DNA of 64,000 bases from Candidatus Woesearchaeota archaeon (lineage in GTDB: Archaea > Nanobdellota > Nanobdellia > Woesearchaeales > UBA9642), in assembly GCA_038895475.1 (NCBI GenBank), contig JAWANI010000001.1, forward strand, positions 52,387-116,386. The letters are read 5' to 3'. Shown here one piece after another: positions 29,651 to 40,147 of this stretch (its first letter is position 1; every line of letters begins with the position of its first letter). The notes under the pieces were generated by a model that was not told the origin of the DNA, searched no databases, and saw only the letters and a program-made list of their open reading frames with translations. A program made the translations under genes and the position numbers.

Positions 29651-30745
29651 TTATTTTAAATGAATCTCTATAATGTCTTTGTCATTTAAAACATGATCTA
29701 ACATAAATTTTTGTCCCGGAAATTTAGAACTAGTACCCCATATTTTGCAAAATTTAAATTTCAAAACAAAATCTTTATGTAATTTATTGCAAACATCTTT
29801 AACAGTGCTTCCGGATTTTATTATTAAAGGCGTTTTTAAGTCAGGCTCTTTTCTTGGTTCTTTTAAGAAAATTCTTATAAGATTGAGTCTTTCAAATATT
29901 AATCTTTTCAGTTCATCTAAATGTGTTTTGTTTTTTGCAGAAATAGCAATATCTGCATTTAGCTCTTTTCTAACTTTTTCTACATTTTCCTTAGTGGATA
30001 AATCAATTTTGTTAAGTATGGTTATTGCGGTTATATATTTTCTGTTTCCCTCAATAACATCTATTAATTCATCGATATCAATATCACTTCTAACAACTAC
30101 GTCTGCATTTAAAATTCCCATCTCTTTAAATATTGCCTTTATTGTTTCAATGTTTATTTTTGTCAATTGAATTGTTGTCGAGATTTTTAGTCCCCCTGAT
30201 GCTTTTTTAATAATTTTCAAGTCAGGTTTTTCTTTGTTTATTCTTATATTTGCATCAAATATTTCTTTAAGCAATACATTATAATGGTTTGGTTGATTTA
30301 CATCAATAATAATAAGCATTAAATCTGAACTTCTTACAACGCTTAATACCTCTTTTCCTCTCCCTTTTCCTGAAGCTGCCCCGCTTATTATGCCCGGAAC
30401 ATCCAGAATCTGTATCTTTGCACCTTCATAATACATTATTCCAGGTATAACTTCTAATGTTGTAAAAGCATAATTGGCAGTTTTAGAATCTGCATTAGTT
30501 AACTCATTCAATATGGTTGATTTGCCTACAGAGGGAAAACCTATAAGGATTACTGTTCCATCACCGCTTTTTCTTACATCATAGCCCTCTATTTTTTTTC
30601 CACTAGAAGTTCTAGAATGTTCTTTTTCTTTAAGCTTTGCGAGTTTAGCCTTCATTAATCCTATTGCAAACTGTGTACTTTTATTGTATTTTGTATTCGC
30701 AATTTTTTGTTCTAGCTCTTTTATTTCTTGCTGGTAGTCCGGCAT
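29651..30745 (-). CDS. Obg-family DRG-type GTPase with a C-terminal TGS domain
   Basis: 'GFPSVGKSTILNELT' (G1), 'DVPGII' (G3), 'NKID' (G4). C-terminal TGS 'IIKSGSTVKDVCNKLHKDF'. Confidence 0.8.
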   Translation of the reverse strand: MPDYQQEIKELEQKIANTKYNKSTQFAIGLMKAKLAKLKEKEHSRTSSGKKIEGYDVRKSGDGTVILIGFPSVGKSTILNELTNADSKTANYAFTTLEVIPGIMYYEGAKIQILDVPGIISGAASGKGRGKEVLSVVRSSDLMLIIIDVNQPNHYNVLLKEIFDANIRINKEKPDLKIIKKASGGLKISTTIQLTKINIETIKAIFKEMGILNADVVVRSDIDIDELIDVIEGNRKYITAITILNKIDLSTKENVEKVRKELNADIAISAKNKTHLDELKRLIFERLNLIRIFLKEPRKEPDLKTPLIIKSGSTVKDVCNKLHKDFVLKFKFCKIWGTSSKFPGQKFMLDHVLNDKDIIEIHLK

Positions 30746-30873
30746 AATTTAGAATAATAATCTTGCTTTATAAAATTAATTGTGAAAAATAAAAGATAAT
30801 ATAATTTAAATGCACATACATACTAAATGCAAAAAGATAAACTTTAAATATATATATTATTAGTTTACTTTTT

Positions 30874-31779
30874 ATGAAAAAGAGGTTTTTTATAAGATAC
30901 TTAGGATTTTATTTTTCCTTAGTGTTTTGTTTAATGCTTATTTCACTGTTATCTGTTTATGTTTCTGCCGAGGAACTTGTTTGTGGAAATCAGCCAAATA
31001 GTCTAACAGGCTATGGTCAAGTTGAATTATTTCCAGGAGTGATATATTCTTGTAATAATGTTCCGGACAATTTTTGTCCAGAAGATTATGAGACTGCAGA
31101 AAATAGCGGGATATTTGGAAATTGTTCAAGATGCCATGATCCTGATTGTACTGGTAATATTAGTGGTTCAGTTCTTTCTTATAACGGAATACCTTTAAGC
31201 AGGGCTCTTGTAACTGTTTTGCCGATAAGATATAATCTTTCAGCGCCGACACTTGAAAAATCTACATTAACAGATTTTTCTGGAAAGTTTTTTATTTCCG
31301 GTGTTACTACAGGAACATATTATGTTAGTGCAGCTCACGAGGGGTTTGATACACAATTAATTGAGGTGACTGTAAATAGGAATAAATTAACTTCTGGAGT
31401 AAATTTTAATTTGCCTAACGGAACATGCTTTGAGGATTGTACAAATAGTTATGGTAGGTGTAATGCGAAATGTAATGGTCTGAATTTTGATAACGGAATT
31501 TGCAGTTTTTTTAATGGGTCTTTCAGTATTTATAATGTTGACGCATCTGCTCTCTGTGATAATCGCTTAAAAGGAACTGAAGTTTTAATTCAAGGAACTC
31601 AAAATGGCACACATGCATTATTTTTGAAATGTTGTGAGGGCACTCCTTATTGGAAGTATTATGGTGCTGTTTCACTTTATTCTTCAAGTATTGATAATAT
31701 TATTAAAATAGAAAAGGTGGCTAAATATAATGAAGTTCCTGTAAAAGTAATTGTTGCTTATTGGCCTCCTAAAAAATAG
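30874..31779 (+). CDS. Secreted Cys-rich protein with a carboxypeptidase-regulatory-like (transthyretin-fold) domain
   Basis: Signal peptide. 'GSVLSYNGIPLSRALVTVLP...FSGKFFISGVTTGTYYVSAAHEGF'. Many Cys residues. Confidence 0.45.
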   Translation: MKKRFFIRYLGFYFSLVFCLMLISLLSVYVSAEELVCGNQPNSLTGYGQVELFPGVIYSCNNVPDNFCPEDYETAENSGIFGNCSRCHDPDCTGNISGSVLSYNGIPLSRALVTVLPIRYNLSAPTLEKSTLTDFSGKFFISGVTTGTYYVSAAHEGFDTQLIEVTVNRNKLTSGVNFNLPNGTCFEDCTNSYGRCNAKCNGLNFDNGICSFFNGSFSIYNVDASALCDNRLKGTEVLIQGTQNGTHALFLKCCEGTPYWKYYGAVSLYSSSIDNIIKIEKVAKYNEVPVKVIVAYWPPKK

Positions 31780-31917
31780 TTTATAATAAAAAATCATTTA
31801 TAAAAAATATTATACCTTTATTTGCTAGCACATGTTTTGTTAATTATTAAAATAATCACAATATTTTTATATGCCTTTTTCTAATTTTAGTTAAAATATA
31901 ATTTTAAGTAAAGCAAT

Positions 31918-32517
31918 ATGCTGTTTTTGGTATTTCAAAGAAAATTCAAAAAGAGGTTGATTATGTTTTTCAGCAAAAAAGCCTATTTTTTCATACTTGA
32001 TGCTTTTATAGCAGCAACTATTATATTTGTTAGTTTGGCAATAATCTTAAATTCTGATGTTACTGTTGAACAGGTGGCTAAAGATTATACACAACCAAAT
32101 GAAATAACAAATTTTTTGCTGGATACAAAATTAGAAGATATAGATAATCCTTATGTTAAAAAATTGATTTCTGACGGCAATATCTCTAATCCAAGGAACA
32201 CTATTGTTCAGCAGGTAGACTTATTTTATTATACTGCGGAATATATTTGTTCCAATCCACAGTGTAAATCCTTAAATTATAATCTTTCAACAAATTTATT
32301 AATGAATATTTCTGAACCATTAATACCCCAAAAATATGGTTTTGAGTATGTAATAATTGATAATAACAAAAATCATACTGTTTATTCAAGAAATATAGCG
32401 AGTAAAGATAAAAGCGATTTTAAAATAGTTACTAAGAGAATATCTTATGTGAAGTATAATTTAACAGAGATATTTATGCCACACGTAGTGAAATTTTCGA
32501 TATGGAATATTGTTTAA
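31918..32517 (+). CDS. Membrane-anchored extracellular protein, possible pilin-like or pilus-associated
   Basis: N-terminal hydrophobic helix after KK ('FSKKAYFFILDAFIAATIIFVSLAII'). First gene in the run leading to the pilus ATPase. True start may be the internal Met at about 31963. Confidence 0.3.
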   Translation: MLFLVFQRKFKKRLIMFFSKKAYFFILDAFIAATIIFVSLAIILNSDVTVEQVAKDYTQPNEITNFLLDTKLEDIDNPYVKKLISDGNISNPRNTIVQQVDLFYYTAEYICSNPQCKSLNYNLSTNLLMNISEPLIPQKYGFEYVIIDNNKNHTVYSRNIASKDKSDFKIVTKRISYVKYNLTEIFMPHVVKFSIWNIV

Positions 32518-32542
32518 TTGTTAAGAATTATTATTTTATGGA

Positions 32543-33532
32543 TTGATCAATATGAATATGCGATTTAAGAAAAAAGCAGTTTTAATGACTATAGCTGCAC
32601 TGCTAATATCTGCATTGTTTTTCATAATGTTTAGTGGAGAAAATATTTTACCGGTGTTTTATACGAGTCAACCGTTGAAGACCAGAGTGTTAAGTGTTGA
32701 TTCTTATATTAAATTAATACCTGTAATGCTTTCAGATGCTTTAGAAGTATCTACCTATAAATCTTTAAATGGTTTATACATATATTATTCGAAAATAGGA
32801 ACATTTCCTGAAGAAGATGTCTTTTATAAGAATCTTGTCAGCTGTATTAAATGCGGAAAGTTGGACTGTAATTATGAAGTTCTTTGTCCTTACATTAATG
32901 GTACAGATTTTGAAAATATAATAATAAATTTCAAAAATTTAAGCGATAATCATATGAATATAATTACGACTATAACCATAAACAATATTCTTATAGAGCA
33001 AAAATATCCCTTTGATATCGATGTCACTGCTGATGTATCTTATAGTGTATATGATCCTGTTTCTAATTCCAGATGGGAAAGAAGAGAGAACATTACAAGA
33101 ATTGTTTCAATAATAGGATTAAAAGATCCTTTAAGCGGAATAAATACTGCAGGGAGTTATGAAATAACAATAAAAAAAAGTTCTATTTGTACTACGGCAT
33201 TTCAAAATAATGCACCATGCTGGGATATTAATAAGGTTAAAAGTTTTTATGATGAAAGGTCATTTATATATTCTCCTAATGCAACATCATTTTTATCAAG
33301 ATACTGGAATAGCACTATTCAGTCTGAATGTTGCGGTATTGAAACATTCATTCATATAGATGATATTAGAAATGTTTCTTATTTAGATCATTATTATTTC
33401 AGTGGAGAACATACTTGTTTAGAAGATACTATTTTATCATATGGGGAAATTAGTCCTAATTTTAAGTTGGATTCAAAAACTGCAGGAAGATACAGTATAA
33501 GTGATGAAGGCGTATTGATATGCAGAAGATAA
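32543..33532 (+). CDS. Membrane-anchored Cys-rich extracellular protein
   Basis: N-terminal 'RFKKKAVLMTIAALLISALFFIMFSG', then a 300-aa Cys-rich domain. Confidence 0.35.
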   Translation: MINMNMRFKKKAVLMTIAALLISALFFIMFSGENILPVFYTSQPLKTRVLSVDSYIKLIPVMLSDALEVSTYKSLNGLYIYYSKIGTFPEEDVFYKNLVSCIKCGKLDCNYEVLCPYINGTDFENIIINFKNLSDNHMNIITTITINNILIEQKYPFDIDVTADVSYSVYDPVSNSRWERRENITRIVSIIGLKDPLSGINTAGSYEITIKKSSICTTAFQNNAPCWDINKVKSFYDERSFIYSPNATSFLSRYWNSTIQSECCGIETFIHIDDIRNVSYLDHYYFSGEHTCLEDTILSYGEISPNFKLDSKTAGRYSISDEGVLICRR

Positions 33533-33691
33533 ATATATTAATAGGCTAGTATAATAATAGAATATTATAGTGATAGGCTGTTTTTTTTGTTTTATTTTTT
33601 TACTTTTCCTCAAGTATTTTAATGTCACTATAAAATACTCAATAAACTTTTTATAGCATAGTTGTGATTTACTTATCGGGGAATACGAATT

Positions 33692-34144
33692 ATGTCAGAT
33701 GAAGTTGTAAAAACAGGTGTAGATGAATTGTTAGATATTTTAAAGAATACAGATAAGATTCAGATAGTTGAAGTTTCAAAAAAGTTGAATATTCCAATAG
33801 ACATAGTGCAGGCATGGGTTGATTTCTTAGTAGAAGAAAGAATAATCGGTATAGAATATAAGTTTACAACACCCTACATTTATTTAAACAAACCTTTAGA
33901 AACCCAGAAAGTTTCCGAAGAAAAACAGGAGATAATAGACATAAGTTATTTTAAGAAGTCTTTCTGGGAAAAAGCTAAAAAGAATAATATTCCTGAATCA
34001 CGAATTCCTGACTTGTGGAAAAATCATTTGTTACAAGAATTGGATTTGAAGAAGAAATATTTTTTTTATGAGGCACAAGTAAGAAAAATAATGAACATAG
34101 AAAAAGTTTGGGAAGAATATCAAAAAAAAGTATTATCCGTATAG
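33692..34144 (+). CDS. Hypothetical 150-aa protein, possible wHTH
   Basis: N-terminal 'LLDILKNTDKIQIVEVSKKLNIPIDIVQAWVDFLVEERIIG' resembles a winged-helix domain. Confidence 0.35.
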   Translation: MSDEVVKTGVDELLDILKNTDKIQIVEVSKKLNIPIDIVQAWVDFLVEERIIGIEYKFTTPYIYLNKPLETQKVSEEKQEIIDISYFKKSFWEKAKKNNIPESRIPDLWKNHLLQELDLKKKYFFYEAQVRKIMNIEKVWEEYQKKVLSV

Positions 34145-34153
34145 GTAATAACT

Positions 34154-35461
34154 ATGGAATTGGATGAATTTCTTGAAAAGGACATGCTGCGTTTTTTAGA
34201 AGAAAGAAAAGAGAAGAACACTCAAGATAAAGTAATAGACAGAGAAGAAGATTATGGTTTGTATTTAACAAAAGATTATTTGAGAGAAGTTATTTCTGCT
34301 TTAGATAGCGATGAAATAACTAAAGCACAAAGATTATTTGATGAATTAAGAAGCTATTATGAAACTCTCCCTAAAGGAAGCTTAGAAGCCAAAAAGGTTT
34401 ATGCAATATTAGAACAAGTGTATGGCAAAATAAATGCATATAATCAATTAAAAGGATTAACAACAAATATTAGAAGTTTTGATGATGTTTTAGATAGGGG
34501 TTTTCAAGGTTCAATACCGCAAAAAATCCATCAAACAACAACAAAAATAGACAAAAAAATAGACCATATAGATGAAAAAATTACCCGTTTTGGTGAGGAC
34601 TTCAAAGAATTAAAAAAAACAATAATAACAGGATCTCAAAGTAATAAAGTCTCTTTGGAAAATGTTGAAAGCAAAAAACCTATTTACATAACCGCATCAG
34701 AGATAAAAATATCGCCTCCTCAGAATCCAAGTTCTACCAAAGCAATAGAACATTCAGAATCAAATCAGAAAAGCAAAAGCAGTTTACCTGCTGTTAATTT
34801 AGACACGGAATCAACTAGTAAAAAGAATATTGTGGTTAAAAATGATTCTATTGAAAAATTTCATTTAACAAAACAATCCATTGCACATACAGAAAAGCCT
34901 AAATCTGAAAAAATAATAAGAATATATAAAATACCTAAAAATTTGAAAAGTAGAAAAAATTTTTCATTAAAAAAAGATGTTTTGGATTTTAAATCATCTA
35001 AAAAAGAATCATTTGATAAAAATTTATTTGAACAAAAGTCTTATAAAAAAAGCAATGAAGTTGAAAAAACAAACACAGATAAAGAAAAGTCTTTAGAAAA
35101 ACAGGGTCCAAAATTAAAAAACACACCAAATAATGTGTCTAAGGAGAATAAAGATTTTTTTGATAGTCCTTTTAAGCCTTTAAATAAAAAAGAGGTAACT
35201 GAAAATTCTAATAAGGGCATAATATCTCAAAAAAATATGCAAGAAAAATCTGCACAAAAAATTGAAAATTCACCTAAAAAATCAGATGATACATTTAATT
35301 ATGAAGAGAAATATTATGAGGCTTTAAAACTTATGCAGTTAAAAAAATATGCAGAGGCAGGAAAACTATTTAATGAAATCTTATCAGTAAAGCCTAATCA
35401 TAAACCTTCCCAGATAAGACTTAAACAATGCCAGGAGGCGATAGTGAATGTCAGAAAATAA
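34154..35461 (+). CDS. Hypothetical 435-aa protein: N-terminal coiled coil, K/S/N-rich low-complexity middle, C-terminal TPR-like helix pair
   Basis: 'YEEKYYEALKLMQLKKYAEAGKLFNEILSVKPNH'. Its stop overlaps the start of the pilus ATPase gene. Confidence 0.35.
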   Translation: MELDEFLEKDMLRFLEERKEKNTQDKVIDREEDYGLYLTKDYLREVISALDSDEITKAQRLFDELRSYYETLPKGSLEAKKVYAILEQVYGKINAYNQLKGLTTNIRSFDDVLDRGFQGSIPQKIHQTTTKIDKKIDHIDEKITRFGEDFKELKKTIITGSQSNKVSLENVESKKPIYITASEIKISPPQNPSSTKAIEHSESNQKSKSSLPAVNLDTESTSKKNIVVKNDSIEKFHLTKQSIAHTEKPKSEKIIRIYKIPKNLKSRKNFSLKKDVLDFKSSKKESFDKNLFEQKSYKKSNEVEKTNTDKEKSLEKQGPKLKNTPNNVSKENKDFFDSPFKPLNKKEVTENSNKGIISQKNMQEKSAQKIENSPKKSDDTFNYEEKYYEALKLMQLKKYAEAGKLFNEILSVKPNHKPSQIRLKQCQEAIVNVRK

Positions 35462-36950
35462 AATTAATGCTCAGATAAACAATTTGTCAAATATTACATC
35501 CAAACAAAAACCAGAATTAAGTTTGGACCATTATAAAATAAAAATAAACGATATTGTTGTTGATATTAATATAGTTATGAAGGAAGATGAAGCAACACCA
35601 AAATATATCGTGAGTTTAACAAATATATCTGATACTACAAAAATAATTCTTGAAAAAATCAGGCAGGAATTCATTTCAAAGGTGGATACAAAAGAATTAG
35701 AAGTTGTCGAAGAATCATCTGACATAAAGGACAGGTTTAAATCAGAAATCAGGGGTTTGATAAAAAGATATTTCCCAACAGCAAACGAACAGGTAACAAA
35801 TATGTTGGTAAATTATATTATACAAGAGAATCTGGGTTTAGGAAAAATAGAAATTTTGTTAAGAGATGTTTTTTTAGAAGAAATTGTTGTGAATAATCAT
35901 TCAGAACCAGTATGGGTATATCATAAAAAATATGGTTGGTTAGTAACTAATATTAAGTTGATTACTGAATCGAAAATAAGGCATTATGCCACGATGATTG
36001 GAAGGGATGTAGGAAAAGAGATAACAACTTTAAATCCATTAATGGATGCGCATTTAACAACAGGTGACAGGGTAAATGCAACACTATACCCAATATCCAG
36101 TAAGGGAAACACTATAACAATAAGAAAGTTTTCTTCAGATCCTTGGACCATAACTAAATTCATAAAAGATAACACAATATCTGTAGAGGCTGCCGCATTT
36201 ATATGGTTCGCAGTACAAAATGAATTAAGCATATTAGTTGCAGGAGGAACAGGTGCAGGAAAGACATCCATGCTTAATGTTTTAAGCAATTTTTTTCCGC
36301 CAAACCAAAGAATAATAAGCATAGAAGATACAAGAGAATTAGTTCTTCCATCAAATTTACATTGGGTTCCTATGGAGACAAGACTTCCAAACCCTGAAGG
36401 AAAAGGAGAAGTGACAATGCTCGATTTATTGGTAAATTCTTTAAGAATGAGGCCTGATAGAATATTGGTTGGAGAAATAAGAAGACAAAGGGAGGCACAA
36501 GTATTACTAGAAGCAATGCATACAGGTCATTCTGTTTATGCTACAATACATGCAAATAATGCAGAGGAAGTAATAGTAAGACTTACAAATCCCCCGATAG
36601 ATATTCCTAAACCAATGATAAGCAGTCTATCATTAATATTAGTTCAGTCAAGGAACAGGAGAACCGGAAAAAGAAGAACTTTGCAGTTAGCAGAAGTAAC
36701 ACCTACTGGTGATCCAAAAATATTATATCAACTAAATGTTGCAAAAGATATTATTGAAAAAGTTTCAAATTCTGAATCTGTTCTTGAAAAACTTAAATTA
36801 TATACGGGATGGAATGAAGAAGAAATAAATAATGATTTAAAACAAAAAATAAGAATACTAAATTGGATGTTGGAGAAAAATATTGAAGATGTAAATCAAA
36901 TAGGACTTATAATGTCTAAATATTATATCGGCAATTTGGTAATCGAGTAG
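35448..36950 (+). CDS. Archaeal type IV pilus/archaellum-family secretion ATPase (FlaI/PilB/TadA-like)
   Basis: 500 aa. Walker A 'VAGGTGAGKTSMLN', Asp box, and 'ILVGEIRRQREAQ' (Walker B/His box region). Confidence 0.85.
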   Translation: MSENKINAQINNLSNITSKQKPELSLDHYKIKINDIVVDINIVMKEDEATPKYIVSLTNISDTTKIILEKIRQEFISKVDTKELEVVEESSDIKDRFKSEIRGLIKRYFPTANEQVTNMLVNYIIQENLGLGKIEILLRDVFLEEIVVNNHSEPVWVYHKKYGWLVTNIKLITESKIRHYATMIGRDVGKEITTLNPLMDAHLTTGDRVNATLYPISSKGNTITIRKFSSDPWTITKFIKDNTISVEAAAFIWFAVQNELSILVAGGTGAGKTSMLNVLSNFFPPNQRIISIEDTRELVLPSNLHWVPMETRLPNPEGKGEVTMLDLLVNSLRMRPDRILVGEIRRQREAQVLLEAMHTGHSVYATIHANNAEEVIVRLTNPPIDIPKPMISSLSLILVQSRNRRTGKRRTLQLAEVTPTGDPKILYQLNVAKDIIEKVSNSESVLEKLKLYTGWNEEEINNDLKQKIRILNWMLEKNIEDVNQIGLIMSKYYIGNLVIE

Positions 36951-36975
36951 TAATTTAACAATTCAAGAGGTTAAT

Positions 36976-37785
36976 ATGTCTTTTTATAGAATAATTGCAT
37001 CAAATTTTCCTGATTTAAAAAGAAAGATGTATAGTGCAGGTTTGAGAGGCACTCCTGAATTGTATGTAGAACAATCTTTTAAGGCGGCCTTGATATTGTC
37101 TTTAGGTATTGCTATACTAACATTTTTTTTTGCTCTAAAAATGTCTTTAAGTTTATTTCTGCCTATTTTTATATTCATAATTCTTTTTCTTTTATTTTTT
37201 TTTATTAATATGAAAAGAGTAGATGTTAAAATGGTTCAAAGAGCAAAAGAAATTGATAGAGATGTGTTGTTTGCAGGCAGATTTTTATTGGTTAAATTGA
37301 ATGCCGGCAGACCTTTAATAAATGCAATTATTGACGCTTCAAACAGCTATGGTGTTGCAAGCAAATATTTTAAAGAAATAGTTAGGGATATAGAATTAGG
37401 AACACCAATGGAAGAAGCTTTAGAAAATGCTTATAAGTATACCCCATCTAAGAAATTTAAAAAAATATTGTTTCAAATAAGCAATTCATTAAAAATAGGT
37501 GTAGATATAAATGCCCCATTAGAAGCAACTCTGGATGAAATAACTCAAGAACAGCTCTTGGAAATTCAGAGATATGGTAAAAAACTTAATTCAGTAGTCA
37601 TGTTTTATATGCTGGTAGCAATAGTTGTTCCATCATTAGGAATAACATTATTAAGTATAATTGCATCTTTAGTAGCCTTAAATATAGATATGGGTATATT
37701 CACAATAGTTTTGTTTTTTTTATTAATAGTACAAATAATATTTATAGCAGTATTTAAGTCAATGAGGCCAAATTTGAATATATAA
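36976..37785 (+). CDS. Pilus assembly platform membrane protein (FlaJ/TadB-like, T2SS-F domain)
   Basis: 269 aa. Cytoplasmic T2SSF-like domain between TM helices. Confidence 0.6.
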   Translation: MSFYRIIASNFPDLKRKMYSAGLRGTPELYVEQSFKAALILSLGIAILTFFFALKMSLSLFLPIFIFIILFLLFFFINMKRVDVKMVQRAKEIDRDVLFAGRFLLVKLNAGRPLINAIIDASNSYGVASKYFKEIVRDIELGTPMEEALENAYKYTPSKKFKKILFQISNSLKIGVDINAPLEATLDEITQEQLLEIQRYGKKLNSVVMFYMLVAIVVPSLGITLLSIIASLVALNIDMGIFTIVLFFLLIVQIIFIAVFKSMRPNLNI

Positions 37786-37841
37786 TATTATAATTATAAA
37801 TTCGTAATATATTTTTAAAAAATAAAAAATTTTCATAAAAA

Positions 37842-38852
37842 ATGAAATCATTCGCAAAAGAATTTGGAAAAGCATTCATATTTAAGAAAATAAGACCTAG
37901 TATTAGAAGTTTCTTTATGAAAGCAGGGTATGATGATGTTCCTTATGAATTATTTGGGTATTTATTTTATTTATCCCTAATAATGACTTTTTTTATTCAT
38001 ATGCTTTTTATTTATCCTGAATTACAAAATTATTCTAGTTTAACAATTGTTTTTTTCACTTTTTTGAGTTGGGTTGTTATACCTTTAACAATTCTTAGTC
38101 TAATAATTGTTTATTTATACTTTGATTTAACAATAAAAATATTTAAGAGAACAAAGGAAATAGAAAGAATTTTACCGGATTATTTGCAAGTTGTATCTTC
38201 AAATCTTAAAGGAGGGCTTTCTTTTGAAAAATCTTTATGGAATGCAATAAATCCGGAATTTAGTATTGTGGCTAAAGAAATAACAATTGTTTCAAAAAAA
38301 GTAATGACTGGAAATGATTTAACAGAAGCATTATTGGAATTTACAGAAAAATATGATAGTCCTGTTTTAAAGAGAAGTTTTGGATTAATAATTGGAGAAG
38401 TAGAAAGCGGTGGACAAATAGCATTTATGGTTGATAAAGTTATAGAGAATATAAGAAAAACAAAAATATTGCAGGAAGAAATGGCTGCATCAACGTTAAC
38501 ATACATGATATTTATAGGTGCAATAGTAATATTGATTGCACCAGGATTATTTGCATTATCATATCATTTGTTAAATATAATGAGTGGTTTTAGTGCACAA
38601 ATATCCTCTAATTCAATACAGTCTATGCCAGTTAATTTAGGCGGAGGAACTATAAATCTTTCAGATTATAGGATATTTTCTATATTGTCATTATTATTGA
38701 TATCATTTTTTAGTTCAATATTAATAAGTATTATACAAACAGGAGATGTAAGGTCTGGATTAAAGTATATACCTGCATTTATATTTTCATCAATATTCTT
38801 TTACTTTGTGTTCGTAGTTGCCTTAGGAGTGTTGTTTGGTAATGTAGTGTAA
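37842..38852 (+). CDS. Pilus assembly platform membrane protein (FlaJ/TadC-like, T2SS-F domain)
   Basis: 336 aa. Second T2SSF-like domain protein, paired with the upstream gene. Confidence 0.6.
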   Translation: MKSFAKEFGKAFIFKKIRPSIRSFFMKAGYDDVPYELFGYLFYLSLIMTFFIHMLFIYPELQNYSSLTIVFFTFLSWVVIPLTILSLIIVYLYFDLTIKIFKRTKEIERILPDYLQVVSSNLKGGLSFEKSLWNAINPEFSIVAKEITIVSKKVMTGNDLTEALLEFTEKYDSPVLKRSFGLIIGEVESGGQIAFMVDKVIENIRKTKILQEEMAASTLTYMIFIGAIVILIAPGLFALSYHLLNIMSGFSAQISSNSIQSMPVNLGGGTINLSDYRIFSILSLLLISFFSSILISIIQTGDVRSGLKYIPAFIFSSIFFYFVFVVALGVLFGNVV

Positions 38853-38959
38853 AAAATAAATTTAAAAAGTATAAAGATTTATAAAAAGATGTGTTATACA
38901 TTTTTATAATATAATATTTATAATGGTTTAGAGTTATAATTATTTTTTTAGGTGATTAT

Positions 38960-39406
38960 ATGTATTTTAAAAAAAGAGGGCAGGCAGCAATAGAATTTTT
39001 AATGACATATGGCTGGGCAATATTTATAGTATTGCTTTCATTAGGTGCAATAGCATATTTTGGTTATAATAATCCACAGAAATTATTACCCGAAAAATGT
39101 ATTTTTACCAATGGAATAATATGTAAAGATACTTTAATAACAACTAATTCAATAAATATAAGTCTGGTTAATGGTTTGGGAAGAACAATTTATGATATAA
39201 GTGCCACTCCGATAGATTTTAATGCTAGATGTGTTACTTCAGTAAATACTGCTAGTTCAGATGATAACATAAGAATAGATTGTGAATTAACTCAACAATT
39301 AATAAAGGGTGAAAGAAAAAGATTTAAAATATACTTAAACTATACCCTAATAGTTGGAGGGTATCAGAAAACATCTATAGGAGAAATATATAGTACAGTA
39401 GTATAA
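38960..39406 (+). CDS. Archaeal type IV pilin with a class III (prepilin) signal peptide
   Basis: 'MYFKKRG|QAAIEFLMTYGWAIFIVLLSLGAIAYFG'. KRG-Q cleavage motif with Glu at +5. Confidence 0.7.
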   Translation: MYFKKRGQAAIEFLMTYGWAIFIVLLSLGAIAYFGYNNPQKLLPEKCIFTNGIICKDTLITTNSINISLVNGLGRTIYDISATPIDFNARCVTSVNTASSDDNIRIDCELTQQLIKGERKRFKIYLNYTLIVGGYQKTSIGEIYSTVV

Positions 39407-39489
39407 TTATGTATTTGTATATATGATGGTAGTATACTATTTTGATATGATATGTAGTAATTATATATAAAATATAGGTCATATATAAA

Positions 39490-39981
39490 ATGAAATTTTT
39501 AAAAAAATCTCAAGCAGCCATAGAATTTATGGTTACATATGGTTGGGTAATAATAGCAGTAATGCTTGTTTTAGGTGCATTAGCATATTATGGTGTTTTT
39601 AATTTTAATAAATATATAAATGATGAATGTAGTTTTGGCTCCCAGATTTATTGTGAAGATTTTATGTTACAATCTGATGGCACATTATCATTAAGATTGA
39701 GAAATAATTTTGGACAAGAGATAATGTTATCTAATATAGGTTATTTTCATTCCAATAATTATGTTGAGGTCGTAGACAATTTAGGAAATATGGGAATAGG
39801 AATACCTCCTGGAAGTTATCTCGAGTTTGAATTAAAACCAGTAAATGAGTATTCCTTTAACAAGAATGATAAAGTAAAATTAAAAGTTGTAGCTAATTAT
39901 GTCAGAAGCCAAGGATCTTCACAAGTACCTGGTGCACCATATCATAATATAACAGGAATAGTTGTTGCAACAGTACAATAA
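39490..39981 (+). CDS. Archaeal type IV pilin with a class III signal peptide (paralog)
   Basis: 'MKFLKKSQAAIEFMVTYGWVIIAVMLVLGALAYYG'. Confidence 0.65.
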   Translation: MKFLKKSQAAIEFMVTYGWVIIAVMLVLGALAYYGVFNFNKYINDECSFGSQIYCEDFMLQSDGTLSLRLRNNFGQEIMLSNIGYFHSNNYVEVVDNLGNMGIGIPPGSYLEFELKPVNEYSFNKNDKVKLKVVANYVRSQGSSQVPGAPYHNITGIVVATVQ

Positions 39982-40147
39982 AATATTTTATGAGTAATAC
40001 TTTTATTATGCTATTTTTTTTAAATATATTATAGATTAAGAATAATTTAATATTGTAAAATCATAATATTTATAAATCATGAAAAAATCCTAATAATATC
40101 ATTCTAAATATTATTAGAGGTAAATGATTAGAGTAGAAGGTGATTAA

